Origin: Candidatus Omnitrophota bacterium | GTDB lineage: Bacteria; Omnitrophota; Gorgyraeia; JAFGHF01 | Length of the DNA: 64,000 nucleotides | NCBI GenBank assembly: GCA_042571705.1 | Contig: JBHPFV010000002.1 | Coordinates: 46,822 to 110,821, forward strand | Direction: 5' to 3' | Shown: positions 28,382 through 38,307 of the stretch, in pieces | How the letters are laid out: every line of letters starts with the position of its first letter | How positions within the stretch are numbered: the stretch's first letter is position 1 | Notes under the pieces: generated by a model | Database searches by the model: none | What the model saw: only the letters and a program-made list of their open reading frames with translations | What the model was told of the DNA's origin: nothing | Translations under genes and position numbers: made by a program

Positions 28382-31178
28382 TGTTCAGCACCTTTTTTAA
28401 GTACCTGCCGGTATATGAAGTTTTAGTTTTCGCTAATTCCTCTGGGCTGCAACTGGCCACAACCTGACCGCCATTTTCTCCGCCTTCCGGACCTAAATCT
28501 ATAATGAAGTCGGAGCTTTTAATAACTTCCAAGTTGTGTTCGATCACCAACACGGTATTGCCTAGCTTAACCAGTCTTTGCAGCACATTTAGTAACTTTT
28601 CAATATCCGCAAAATGCAAGCCTGTGGTCGGCTCATCTAAGATATAGAGCGTATTACCGGTGCTTCTTTTTCCCAGTTCCGCGGCCAATTTTACCCGCTG
28701 GGCCTCTCCTCCGGAAAGCGTAGTCGCCGACTGGCCTAAATGAATGTAGCCTAAGCCGACATCATTTAAGATGACTAGCTTTTCTCTGACCCTGGGCACA
28801 TTCTTGAAAAGCTGACCAGCTTCCTCCACAGTCATACTCAAGACTTCAGTGATCGTTTTACCCTTGTACTTTATCTTCAAGGTCTGTTCATTAAACCTGG
28901 CCCCTTTGCAAGTTGCGCAAGATACATAAACATCGGGGAGAAAATGCATTTCTATTTTTTTAATCCCCTCGCCCCGGCATTCCTCACAGCGGCCACCTTT
29001 AACATTAAAGCTGAATCGGCCCGGTTTATACCCAGCCATCCGCGACTCAGGCAGCCTGGCAAACAACTCCCGAATATGGCTAAAAATTCCTGTATAGGTG
29101 ACTGGATTCGAGCGCGGGGTCCGCCCGATCGGAGACTGATCAACCACGATCACCTTATCAATGAATTCAGTCCCGGTAATCCGCTGATGAGCGCCGGGCT
29201 TCTCTTTGCTGCGGTAAAACTTTTTAGCTAAGGCGCGATAAAGAATTTCATCGATCAAAGTGCTCTTGCCGGAACCGGAGACGCCGGTGACGCAAACTAA
29301 AGCCCCTAAAGGAATGCTCACATCTATGTTTTTTAAATTATGTTCCCGGGCGCCGTGAATTGTCAAAAACTTACCCGTGCCTTTTCTTCGCTGTTCCGGT
29401 ATTTTTATCCCCAGCTTTCCACAGAGATACTGGGCGGTTAAAGATTCTTTGGATCTTAGTAACTCCGGCAAGGTTCCGGCAACCATTACTCGGCCGCCAT
29501 GCCGTCCGGCACCGGGACCCAAATCAATCACATAATCAGCGGCCCTGATTGTGGCTTCATCGTGCTCAACAACAATTAGGGTATTGCCTAAATCACGCAG
29601 GGCCTTCAGTGTATTCAACAGCTTGGTATTATCTTTTTGATGTAAGCCAATGCTTGGTTCGTCTAATATATAGACTACGCCCACTAAACCCGCGCCGACC
29701 TGCGTGGCTAAACGAATCCGCTGGGCCTCACCGCCCGAGAGAGTACTGCTCCTGCGGTCTAAGGTCAAATAATCTAAGCCGACATTGATCATAAATTTTA
29801 ATCTTTCCCTGACCCCTTTCAGCGCTTGATGAGCGATAGTTGTCTGGGTCGGCCCTAGTCTTAAAGTAGCAAAAAACTGGGACAGCTGGCGCACCGACAT
29901 TTTGACCAGATCCCAGATTGATTTTCCGTTTATGGTTACGGCCAAACTTTCTTTTTTTAAACGCGCGCCCGAACACTCAGGGCAGGCCAGCACGCTCATA
30001 AATTTAGCGATTTCGGTTTTTAAATAATCGCTTTCGGTCTCTTTAAACAGACGCTCCAGATGCGGGATTACGCCCTCAAAAGGTTTGCCCCAAACATATT
30101 CACTGCCGCCAAACAAAAGCAGGTTGCGCACATATTTACTCAACTTCTTAAACGGCAGCTGCATGCTAAAGTCGTACTGCTTGGCCAATTCTCTAATTAA
30201 CCCACGGTAATAGAGGATATAACCTCGGCCGCCCCGACGCCAGGGCTCCAACGCCCCTTCAGCCAGGGGCCTATCTTTATCGGGCACCACTAGGTCCGGA
30301 TCAACTTCAATCTTAGTCCCCAGGCCGTTACAGGCCGAACAGGCGCCGTAAGGGCTATTAAAAGAAAAATCACGCGGGGCTAATTCGGCAAAGCTTATCC
30401 CGCAATGAATGCAGGCAAAATGCTCGCTAAACAACAGATCCTGCCAGCGGTCTTTTTTTACCAACCTGGATACAGTTACTGTGCCCTGGCCAATCCTTAA
30501 AGCCGTTTCTATTGAGTCGGTCAACCTGGATTTTTCGTTTATGTTTACTGTCAGCCGGTCCACAACCGCCTCAATCGTATGCGCCTTTTTTTTATCTAGA
30601 TTCAAATTTTCATCTATATCGTGCACTAAATTATCTACGCGCACGCGGACGAAGCCCTGTTTACGAATATCCTCGAAAACCTGACGAAATTCACCTTTGC
30701 GGCCTCTAACCAAAGGGCTGAGAATGATAATCTTGCTGTTTTGGGAGAGCTTCAGCACCTGTTTGACTATGTGTTCCGGGCTTTGGCGGGAAATCACCCG
30801 GCCGCAACTGTAGCAGTGCGGCTGGCCGATCCTGGCGAACAAGAGTCGTAAGTAATCATAAATCTCTGTTTGGGTACCTACTGTAGATCGGGGATTGGTC
30901 CCGGGCTTGCGTTGTTCGATTGCGATTGCCGGAGAAATACCCTCGATCTGCTCGACATCCGGTTTTTGTAATTGCTCTAAGAATTGCCGGGCATAGGCCG
31001 AGAGGCTTTCGACATATCTGCGCTGGCCTTCGGCATAGATAGTATCGAAGGCCAATGAGGACTTGCCTGAGCCGCTTAAACCCGTAATCACCGCAAGCTT
31101 ATTGCGCGGGATGGTCAGGTTAATATTTTTCAGATTATGCTCTTTAGCTCCTCTGATGAGAATGTTGTCTTTGGGCAT
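28374..31178 (-). CDS. uvrA: Excinuclease ABC subunit A
   Basis: Two ABC ATPase modules ([10 protein letters not shown]... / [10 protein letters not shown]...), zinc-finger cysteines, LSGGEAQRI signature x2. The conserved N-terminus begins at [18 protein letters not shown] (ATG about 31176-31178). The track start at 31202 is GTG with 8 extra residues. Confidence 0.95.
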   Translation of the reverse strand: MPKDNILIRGAKEHNLKNINLTIPRNKLAVITGLSGSGKSSLAFDTIYAEGQRRYVESLSAYARQFLEQLQKPDVEQIEGISPAIAIEQRKPGTNPRSTVGTQTEIYDYLRLLFARIGQPHCYSCGRVISRQSPEHIVKQVLKLSQNSKIIILSPLVRGRKGEFRQVFEDIRKQGFVRVRVDNLVHDIDENLNLDKKKAHTIEAVVDRLTVNINEKSRLTDSIETALRIGQGTVTVSRLVKKDRWQDLLFSEHFACIHCGISFAELAPRDFSFNSPYGACSACNGLGTKIEVDPDLVVPDKDRPLAEGALEPWRRGGRGYILYYRGLIRELAKQYDFSMQLPFKKLSKYVRNLLLFGGSEYVWGKPFEGVIPHLERLFKETESDYLKTEIAKFMSVLACPECSGARLKKESLAVTINGKSIWDLVKMSVRQLSQFFATLRLGPTQTTIAHQALKGVRERLKFMINVGLDYLTLDRRSSTLSGGEAQRIRLATQVGAGLVGVVYILDEPSIGLHQKDNTKLLNTLKALRDLGNTLIVVEHDEATIRAADYVIDLGPGAGRHGGRVMVAGTLPELLRSKESLTAQYLCGKLGIKIPEQRRKGTGKFLTIHGAREHNLKNIDVSIPLGALVCVTGVSGSGKSTLIDEILYRALAKKFYRSKEKPGAHQRITGTEFIDKVIVVDQSPIGRTPRSNPVTYTGIFSHIRELFARLPESRMAGYKPGRFSFNVKGGRCEECRGEGIKKIEMHFLPDVYVSCATCKGARFNEQTLKIKYKGKTITEVLSMTVEEAGQLFKNVPRVREKLVILNDVGLGYIHLGQSATTLSGGEAQRVKLAAELGKRSTGNTLYILDEPTTGLHFADIEKLLNVLQRLVKLGNTVLVIEHNLEVIKSSDFIIDLGPEGGENGGQVVASCSPEELAKTKTSYTGRYLKKVLNNA

Positions 31179-31202
31179 AGTGTTTAGATTATAACAAAGC
31201 AC

Positions 31203-31236
31203 AAGGCCCTTGTAAATAGTATTCTACAAGGGCCCT
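31203..31236. promoter_or_regulatory. Perfect 12-10-12 inverted repeat in the uvrA upstream region (candidate operator, possibly SOS-type, and/or hairpin)
   Basis: AAGGCCCTTGTA-aatagtattc-TACAAGGGCCTT, read on the + strand. It sits about 25-60 nt upstream of the uvrA start. A TATAAT on the gene strand lies about 9 nt before the ATG. Confidence 0.4.
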
Positions 31237-31266
31237 AATGCTTGCTTTAAAAAGAAGTTAGGTGCA

Positions 31267-31518
31267 TTACCTCTTTTTCTTTTTTTTCTTTTTCCGGCCA
31301 CCGCGGACCATTTTGGCCATCGAGATGTCGCCTTTTTTATCAATGAAATAAAGATATCCCGGTTTTTTCTTGATTCCGCATTTAGCAACTACCTTGGAGC
31401 CGCCACCTTTTTTCTTTCCCCGAGCCATCTTTGCCTCTGCGACGTTACCCTTCTTATCTACATAATAAAGGCAACCTTTTTTCCTGGTGATGCCGCATTT
31501 CATTACTTTCTCTGCCAT
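31267..31518 (-). CDS. Small lysine-rich basic protein built from two tandem ~32-aa repeats plus a poly-Lys tail (unknown family)
   Basis: Strong SD (GGGAGGTGA) 7 nt before the ATG. Repeat 1 KVMKCGITRKKGCLYYVDKKGNVAEAKMARG versus repeat 2 KVVAKCGIKKKPGYLYFIDKKGDISMAKMVRG. C-terminus RKKKKKKKR. Confidence 0.6.
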   Translation of the reverse strand: MAEKVMKCGITRKKGCLYYVDKKGNVAEAKMARGKKKGGGSKVVAKCGIKKKPGYLYFIDKKGDISMAKMVRGGRKKKKKKKR

Positions 31519-31537
31519 GATTCTGATTCACCTCCCT

Positions 31538-32356
31538 TCATGTCCCTATTTTAACAACATTTAAGATGTTCTTTAAAGTAGCGATTGCTGAAAGCGCCGC
31601 CAAAAAACTGGTTTTGGGATTATCCGGCGAGGGCCGATTTTCCGTACGACTTAGCAATTTACCGAAATCACCTTCCAGCTCCACCTGGTGGGTATTAAAC
31701 TTAAACTCAGGCGAAGTAATTATTTTGACCGTGGTCTTCTCGGCACCGATTCCGGCCAGGCTTAAGGCCGCGCAAACATTCACATTCTTAGGAAAACCTT
31801 CTACCGCCTCAGCAGCTGTACCGTCAAAAATTACCGTTTCTTCTTTTATCTGGCCTAAATCTAAATTGTGCTGTTTAAAATACGGCGCCCCTTTTAGCCC
31901 ACTAGGGGGCTTGCGGGTAACCAAGGTCGCCTTATCTATCTTACTCATTGCGGCGGCACTTACAGCATCCAAACCGCCCAGCGCCCCGCTGGGGACATAA
32001 AGCCGACGGTCTTGGTTTTTCGCCAACTTAAAAAGCTCAGTTGCGCGCGGCAGGAGTCCGCCCACGCTCATCACCATTACATCTTTATTATTCTCCAGGG
32101 CCTGTTGGGCAATCTCAGCGGCAACTTCAGCAGCAGCTGCTTCGATAATTAAGTCACAACCCGCAATTAACTTTTCGACGGAAAGTATCGGGCAATCTAA
32201 GTGCAGTTCTTCTTTTAGCTGTTGGGTCTTATTTTGGTCCAGATCACAAATAGCGCCGAGCTCGGCCAACTCTCTGAAATGCTCCTTAATCGCCCGGGCC
32301 AACTGCTGGCCAATCGTGCCACAGCCAATCAAGCCAATCTTCTTTTTACTTTTCAT
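31538..32356 (-). CDS. nadX: L-aspartate dehydrogenase NadX
   Basis: Rossmann N-terminus IGLIGCGTIG. C-terminal SPDNPKTSFL matches the Thermotoga NadX SPENPKTS region. Confidence 0.8.
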   Translation of the reverse strand: MKSKKKIGLIGCGTIGQQLARAIKEHFRELAELGAICDLDQNKTQQLKEELHLDCPILSVEKLIAGCDLIIEAAAAEVAAEIAQQALENNKDVMVMSVGGLLPRATELFKLAKNQDRRLYVPSGALGGLDAVSAAAMSKIDKATLVTRKPPSGLKGAPYFKQHNLDLGQIKEETVIFDGTAAEAVEGFPKNVNVCAALSLAGIGAEKTTVKIITSPEFKFNTHQVELEGDFGKLLSRTENRPSPDNPKTSFLAALSAIATLKNILNVVKIGT

Positions 32357-33315
32357 CTTGCCTGTTGCCGATTGCCATAGGTAATTTCTAACATCCTGTC
32401 CAAAGAAGCCTTAGCCCGCTCTCTGACCTGCTCTGGCACCTTGACTTCAAACACTTCATTTTCTAAAGAATGGGCCACCCAGCCTAGAGTGGTCAGCTTC
32501 ATATTAGCGCAAATTAAATGTTCGCTAGGTAAAAAGAATTTCTTGTCTGGGTTTTCCTTTTGCAGCCGATACAACATGCCGCTTTCCGTGCCAATGATGA
32601 ATTCGCGCGAGTCAGATTCCCGGGAGTATTTAAACATGCCTCCGGTGCTGCAAACCTGATCAGCAAGTTTAAGCACCTCTGGCTTACATTCCGGGTGGGC
32701 CAGGAATTCCGCTTGCGGATGTTCATTTTTAGCCTGAATTACCTCTTCTTCAGCAAGCCTGATGTGCGTAGAACAGAAGCCCTTCCAGAGAATAATGTCT
32801 TTTTCCGGGACTTGCGATTGCACGTACTTGCCTAAATTCTCATCAGGAACAAAAATAATCCTTTTGTTCGGCAATGACCTGACCACTTCAATGGCATTAC
32901 TGGATGTGCAGGCCACATCGCTCTGGGCCTTAACCTCAGCGGAAGAGTTCACATAACAGACACAAGCCGCATCGGGATATTGTTTTTTTAAGGCCTTTAA
33001 TTTTTCCGGCGAGATCATGTCAGCCAAAGGACAACCGGCCTCTTTAACGGGCAACAACACCTTTTTGTCCGGATTCAAGATACTGGTGCTCTCGGCCATA
33101 AACCGGACCCCGCAAAATTCTATAATATCGGCATTGACCTTGCTGCCGGCCTGAGCTAACTGTAGAGAATCTCCTACGATATCGGCAACGTCCTGGATCT
33201 CATCTCTTTGATAATTATGCGCTAAGATCACCGCGTTCTTCTTCCTTTTAAGCAGTTCAATCTTCTGGCGCAAATCTTGCTGATATTTCTTGTCATTATC
33301 GCTGTAATTAAGCAC
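32353..33315 (-). CDS. nadA: Quinolinate synthase NadA
   Basis: AVILAHNYQ....VADIVGDSL... and cysteine ligands. 320 aa. Confidence 0.9.
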   Translation of the reverse strand: MLNYSDNDKKYQQDLRQKIELLKRKKNAVILAHNYQRDEIQDVADIVGDSLQLAQAGSKVNADIIEFCGVRFMAESTSILNPDKKVLLPVKEAGCPLADMISPEKLKALKKQYPDAACVCYVNSSAEVKAQSDVACTSSNAIEVVRSLPNKRIIFVPDENLGKYVQSQVPEKDIILWKGFCSTHIRLAEEEVIQAKNEHPQAEFLAHPECKPEVLKLADQVCSTGGMFKYSRESDSREFIIGTESGMLYRLQKENPDKKFFLPSEHLICANMKLTTLGWVAHSLENEVFEVKVPEQVRERAKASLDRMLEITYGNRQQAR

Positions 33316-33317
33316 TG

Positions 33318-34172
33318 CTACCTCCGTGGATCCGGCACAATCACATTGTCAATTAAACGGGTCTGGCCGAAAAATACTGCCAGGGCAATTAGCTGAGCCC
33401 GTTGTAAGGTTTGGGCGGTTTCCAGGCTATCCAGGTCAACAATTTTAATATAGTCTATTCGGGCCCCGGGCGTTGCTTTTATAATTCTGCTGATTTTGTT
33501 AATGATTCCTCGAGGAGCTTTTTCACCAGATTTTATCATATCGACGGCAGTTTGTAAAGCTTTATATAAAATTGCCGCGTTTTTTTTCTGCTGCTTATTT
33601 AAATATATATTGCGCGAGCTAAAGGCCAATCCATTCTTTTGCCGAACAATCGGCGCAATCAAAATTTCCGTCGGGACATTTAGATCGCTAACCATTCTTT
33701 TGATGATTATTGCCTGCTGGGCGTCCTTCTGGCCAAAGTAAGTCCGCTGGGCCCGGCAAATATTTAGCAGCTTCAGCACGATGGTAGCTACACCACTGAA
33801 GTGCCCGGGACGCTTGGCGCCGCAAAGCCGAAGGCTTAAATCTTCGACTCTGACGTTAGTTCTAAATCCTGGCGGATAGATATCCTTGACTTGGGGATAG
33901 AATAGGATATCAACGCCGTTTAGCTTGGCCAGTTTTTTATCGCGGCTAAAATCTCTGGGGTAGCGTTTAAAATCTTCCTTGGGCCCAAACTGCGTAGGAT
34001 TGACAAAAATGCTGATCACCAAATAATCATTTTCTTGGCCGGCCTTGCGGATCAGGCTGATGTGGCCTGGATGCAAATAACCCATGGTCGGCACCAGCCC
34101 GATGCTCTTGCCTTTTCGGTGCGCGTTCTGAGCCCACCGCTGCATTTCCTTGACCGTACGTATAACTTTCAC
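33318..34172 (-). CDS. panC: Pantoate--beta-alanine ligase
   Basis: GLVPTMGYLHPGHISLI (HIGH-like) and FVNPTQFGP motifs. Confidence 0.9.
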   Translation of the reverse strand: MKVIRTVKEMQRWAQNAHRKGKSIGLVPTMGYLHPGHISLIRKAGQENDYLVISIFVNPTQFGPKEDFKRYPRDFSRDKKLAKLNGVDILFYPQVKDIYPPGFRTNVRVEDLSLRLCGAKRPGHFSGVATIVLKLLNICRAQRTYFGQKDAQQAIIIKRMVSDLNVPTEILIAPIVRQKNGLAFSSRNIYLNKQQKKNAAILYKALQTAVDMIKSGEKAPRGIINKISRIIKATPGARIDYIKIVDLDSLETAQTLQRAQLIALAVFFGQTRLIDNVIVPDPRR

Positions 34173-34597
34173 TTCTCTCCTGTGAACAGTTCGGGGGCGA
34201 TTTCGCGTAGTGGCTCAGTAACGAACTGGCGCTGCCACATCCGTGGATGCGGGATCTGTAAATCCGCTTGATTAATTTCTCGACGGCCGTAAATCAGGAT
34301 ATCCAGATCAATAGTCCTGGGTTGATTTTTCCGGCGGCGAACTTTGCGGCCTAGCTTGGTCTCAATCTCCTGAAGTCTAAGTAGCAGTTGCTCTGGTGGA
34401 TAGTTTGTCTCTAATTCGACCACGCCATTGAGGAATTTTTGTTGTGGAGGGCAATCTTGAGGCTCGGTTTCCTTAAACGAAGAGATTCGGCGCACTTCTA
34501 TGGCCGGATCGGCGCGCAGATATTTGAGCGCAAACTCAATATTTTTCAGCCGGTCGCCAAGATTCGAACCTAAGGCAATATAACAATTGGGCATCAA
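34169..34597 (-). CDS. folK: 2-amino-4-hydroxy-6-hydroxymethyldihydropteridine pyrophosphokinase
   Basis: YIALGSNLGDR... and RTIDLDIL HPPK motifs. Confidence 0.85.
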   Translation of the reverse strand: MMPNCYIALGSNLGDRLKNIEFALKYLRADPAIEVRRISSFKETEPQDCPPQQKFLNGVVELETNYPPEQLLLRLQEIETKLGRKVRRRKNQPRTIDLDILIYGRREINQADLQIPHPRMWQRQFVTEPLREIAPELFTGEK

Positions 34598-35757
34598 ATA
34601 ACTTTTTTAATCCTTGCGACTGCTTCCTGCAGTCTCGGTTTGGCAACTGTCAAGGCCATCCGGATATATCCTTCGCCGGAAGGCCCAAAACCCACACCGG
34701 GTGTAGCTACCACTCCAACCTGATCAAGCAGCAGTTGGGCAAACTTTATTGAATCGGTTTGGCCTTTGGGTAATTTTGTCCAGATATAGAAGGTGGCCTT
34801 TGGTTTTTTTACCTGCCAGCCTATCTCAGACAATCCCTGGCAAAGCAAATCTCTTCTTTCTTGGTAAAGCTCAAGCAAGCTACGGATTTGTTCCGACGGC
34901 GAATTTAACGCGGCTATTCCCGCCAATTGTACGGCCTGAAAAATCCCGGAGTCGATATTAGACTTGACCTGACCCAGGTGGGCAATAATCTCACCATTGC
35001 CGCAAGCCCAGCCAATCCGCCATCCGGTCATATTGTAGGTCTTCGAAAGAGAATAGAACTCTACCGCCAACTCCCTGGCCCCCTCAACCTGCAGAATGCT
35101 GGGGGCGCTATAGCCGTCAAAAGTAATTTCTGAATAAGCGGCATCCTGGGCAATCGCAATCTGGTGCTGACGGGCAAATGCTACGACCTGACTAAAGAAC
35201 TTCGGGGTGGCGCATGCCGCGGTAGGGTTATTCGGGTAATTCAAAAAAAGCAGCTTGGCCCGGGATAGGATTGAAGAATCAATGCTTTCAATCTTAGGCA
35301 GAAAATCATTGTCCGCTAAAAGCGGTAGATTTACCGGCTGAGCGCCGGCGAAAAGTGCAGCCGAGCGGTATGGCGGATAACATGGCTCAGGAATCAGGAC
35401 CACCTGATCCGGATTAACTAATCCTAGCGGCAAGTGGGCTAAGCCTTCCTTAGACCCAATCAAAGGCAAAATTTCCTTATCGGGGTCAAGCGCTATATTG
35501 AACCTTTGCTGATACCATTTGGCAATAGCGGTCCTTAAGGAACTCATTCCAAAATCTAAAGCATAATGATGATTGCTGGGGTCAAGCGCAGCTTGATGTA
35601 GCTTAGCAATTACATGCTCAGGAGTTGGTTGGTCGGGATCCCCCACTCCTAAATCGATGATATCCTGTCCAGCTGCCCGAGCAAGTCTCTTTGCCTTGTC
35701 AATCTCAGCAAATAAATAAGGAGGCAATTTCTTCAATCGATCAGCTTTTTCTATCAT
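34594..35757 (-). CDS. dapL: Class I aminotransferase, LL-diaminopimelate aminotransferase (DapL)-like
   Basis: PPYLFAEID..K......G.D.IDLGVGDP N-terminus typical of DapL. Located directly upstream of dapB-dapA-dapF-lysA. Confidence 0.65.
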   Translation of the reverse strand: MIEKADRLKKLPPYLFAEIDKAKRLARAAGQDIIDLGVGDPDQPTPEHVIAKLHQAALDPSNHHYALDFGMSSLRTAIAKWYQQRFNIALDPDKEILPLIGSKEGLAHLPLGLVNPDQVVLIPEPCYPPYRSAALFAGAQPVNLPLLADNDFLPKIESIDSSILSRAKLLFLNYPNNPTAACATPKFFSQVVAFARQHQIAIAQDAAYSEITFDGYSAPSILQVEGARELAVEFYSLSKTYNMTGWRIGWACGNGEIIAHLGQVKSNIDSGIFQAVQLAGIAALNSPSEQIRSLLELYQERRDLLCQGLSEIGWQVKKPKATFYIWTKLPKGQTDSIKFAQLLLDQVGVVATPGVGFGPSGEGYIRMALTVAKPRLQEAVARIKKVI

Positions 35758-35840
35758 TATCTTTCCTTTTTGCTTTAAGCTGTAGGCACCGCTTGTTTGT
35801 GCTGCTTGGGACAGTCCCCTTCGGGGACAGTCCCTTAAGG

Positions 35841-36587
35841 CTATGCGTCAATGACGTCTTGCATATCGTATAAGCCTGGTTTTTGTTTAACAATAAATTT
35901 GGCAGCCGCTAATGCCCCCTGGGCAAAGATGTCCCGCGTCTTAGCGCTGTGCTTAATCACGATTACGTCTTGCGGGCCTGCGAAACGTACTTGATGATCG
36001 CCGACAATTTCACCTTCGCGGATAGAGTCAATTTTGATCTGATCGTCCTGAAAACTAGGGCTCTGCTTAATCAACTGCGCCAAACGCTTGGCCGTGCCGG
36101 AAGGGGCATCTTTTTTGTGGCTGTGGTGGGCCTCGACAATATCGGCCCGATAATCCCGGCCTAATTTTTGCGCGGCCTGCTTAACCAGCTTAAACGCTAA
36201 ATTTACCCCCAAAGACATGTTCGGAGAATATACAACCGGAATTTTTTCGCTGGCCTGATCAATCTTGGCTATCTGTTGGGTATCTAAACCTGTAGTGCCA
36301 ATAACAATTGTTTTTTGGTGCTCTTGGGCCCAGGCCAAATTTGCGCCGGCAGCTAATGGTGAAGTAAATTCGATCAATACATCCACATCTTTTATTTGAG
36401 CAGGATCATCGATTATTTGCACATTCAATCCCTTTAGACCAATAACCTGACCCAACTGCTGACCTACTGCTGAATGATCTTTTACTTCTATGGCCGCAGA
36501 AACACAAAAGTCACTGTCTTGACTGGCCAAGTAGGCAATCCTCTGCCCCATTTTACCGCAACACCCGCAAATCGCTATCTTAATCAT
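35841..36587 (-). CDS. dapB: 4-hydroxy-tetrahydrodipicolinate reductase
   Basis: MIKIAICGCCGKMGQ Rossmann N-terminus. 248 aa. Confidence 0.9.
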   Translation of the reverse strand: MIKIAICGCCGKMGQRIAYLASQDSDFCVSAAIEVKDHSAVGQQLGQVIGLKGLNVQIIDDPAQIKDVDVLIEFTSPLAAGANLAWAQEHQKTIVIGTTGLDTQQIAKIDQASEKIPVVYSPNMSLGVNLAFKLVKQAAQKLGRDYRADIVEAHHSHKKDAPSGTAKRLAQLIKQSPSFQDDQIKIDSIREGEIVGDHQVRFAGPQDVIVIKHSAKTRDIFAQGALAAAKFIVKQKPGLYDMQDVIDA

Positions 36588-37456
36588 ATTAATTTATATT
36601 GTTTTAAGACTGTTTTTAGTTTCTCTTCATTTTTGGCCAGCATTGGGCAAAGCGGCAGGCGCAGTTCAGGCTTAATTAAACCCATTAGTCCCATTGCTGT
36701 TTTTACCGGGATAGGATTAGTCTCGATAAACATAGCCTTAATTAAAGGCAGCAGCCTGTAATAAATTTTCTTTGCCTCAGCGATGTTACCTTGCTCAAAT
36801 TGCTTAATCAGTTCAGCAGATTGGTCAGGGACAATGTTGGCTACCACCGAGATTACTCCAACCCCGCCGATAGCTAAAACAGGCAAAGTCAGTGCATCAT
36901 CTCCAGAAATTAGGGCCAGATTATCGCCACAGAGTTTGAGAATCTGGGCCATTTGGCTGACATTACCGCTGGCCTCCTTGATGGCTACTATATTCTTAAT
37001 TTGACTAAGCTCAGCAGCCGTGGCTGGTTCAATATTAATGCCTGTGCGTGAGGCAATGTTATACAGCACTATTGGAATATCTACTGACTTGGCAATGGCC
37101 TGGAAGTGCAGCAGCAGTCCCCGTTGTGTAGGTTTATTGTAATACGGTGAGATTAAAAGCGCGCCATCGGCCCCGGCAACTTTGGCGTGATTGGTTAATT
37201 CAATTGCCTCGGCCGTATTATTAGAACCGGTACCGGCGATGACCGGCACCCGGCCGGAAACGGTCTGCACCGTAAGATCAACCACCCGCTCATGCTCGGC
37301 CAAAGACATGGTCGCTGATTCGCCGGTCGTGCCGCAAGGCACAATGCCGGAAGTGCCGGCTTTAATCTGAAATTCAATCAAATCCTTAAACCTTTTTTCA
37401 TCAATCTTCCCGTTTTCAAAAGGCGTAACAATAGCGACTAAAGAACCTTTAAACAT
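36584..37456 (-). CDS. dapA: 4-hydroxy-tetrahydrodipicolinate synthase
   Basis: GSLVAIVTPF...GTTGE... Schiff-base lysine region. 290 aa. Confidence 0.9.
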   Translation of the reverse strand: MFKGSLVAIVTPFENGKIDEKRFKDLIEFQIKAGTSGIVPCGTTGESATMSLAEHERVVDLTVQTVSGRVPVIAGTGSNNTAEAIELTNHAKVAGADGALLISPYYNKPTQRGLLLHFQAIAKSVDIPIVLYNIASRTGINIEPATAAELSQIKNIVAIKEASGNVSQMAQILKLCGDNLALISGDDALTLPVLAIGGVGVISVVANIVPDQSAELIKQFEQGNIAEAKKIYYRLLPLIKAMFIETNPIPVKTAMGLMGLIKPELRLPLCPMLAKNEEKLKTVLKQYKLI

Positions 37457-37458
37457 GT

Positions 37459-38298
37459 TTAAACCCCCTCTAAAACTTTGCCCCGATAAATTAGCTTGGC
37501 TTTTCCTTCTAAAAAGACATCATAAATATTGTCTTTTTTTACCTTAAAATAAACCGTCAGCGCCTCAGTGCTCATTGTAGCTACTCTAATTTTATGTAGT
37601 CCATCTGGGGACTGTTTCATCTCAAAAGCGGCGATGATGCTTGCGGCCACACATCCTGTGCCGCAGGCCAAAGTCTCATCCTCCACTCCTCTTTCGTAAG
37701 TCCTCACCTTGATGTGCGTTTCATCAAGCACCTCAACAAAGTCAACATTAGTGCCTGCGGGCTGAAACTCAGGATGATAGCGAATTGTCCGGCCGATTTC
37801 GCCAACATCATAATTATTTAGATTCTGCACAAAGCAGATAACATGCGGCACGCCGGTATTAACGTAATTAACATTGTAGGTCTGGCCATTAATATTTAAA
37901 TTAAATTCTCTTCTTAAATCCTTGGCGTCAGACATCTTAATTTTTATCCGATCGCGCTTGACTTCACCTTGCAGGATTCCGGCCTTGGTCTCAATTTTCA
38001 TTTTGGCTGAGCGGACTATTCCTGCATCAATGGCATACAAAGCAATACAGCGGGCACCGTTTCCGCACATATCCACTTCTGAGCCATCGGGATTAATCAC
38101 CCGCATCTTGAAATCTGCCCGCTGTGAACGTTCGACAACCAGCAGACCGTCTGCGCCCACAGATAACTTGCGTTGACAAAGCTGCTGGGCCAATTTTTTA
38201 GCCCGGTTTTTAGTCAAGGCCTTGTTGTTCTTAAACAGATCAACTAGCACAAAGTCATTACCGGAAGCCACTGCTTTAATAAATTCCAAACTGCGCAC
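37459..38298 (-). CDS. dapF: Diaminopimelate epimerase
   Basis: ASGNDFVLVD N-terminus and two catalytic Cys (CGNG, CGTG). Confidence 0.9.
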   Translation of the reverse strand: MRSLEFIKAVASGNDFVLVDLFKNNKALTKNRAKKLAQQLCQRKLSVGADGLLVVERSQRADFKMRVINPDGSEVDMCGNGARCIALYAIDAGIVRSAKMKIETKAGILQGEVKRDRIKIKMSDAKDLRREFNLNINGQTYNVNYVNTGVPHVICFVQNLNNYDVGEIGRTIRYHPEFQPAGTNVDFVEVLDETHIKVRTYERGVEDETLACGTGCVAASIIAAFEMKQSPDGLHKIRVATMSTEALTVYFKVKKDNIYDVFLEGKAKLIYRGKVLEGV

Positions 38299-38307
38299 CC
38301 TTGAGTT

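Noticed and set aside
31179-31202. Upstream GTG start for uvrA (MLCYNLNT..)
   Set aside because: UvrA orthologues begin at the conserved MxKxxIxxRGAxEHNLKN block, which matches the internal ATG. The extra 8 residues are not conserved-looking.
34555-34575. tRNA T-arm-like motif (GGTTCGAATC on the minus strand) raising the possibility of a tRNA gene
   Set aside because: It lies inside the folK coding sequence with no acceptor or anticodon stems around it. It is a chance occurrence.
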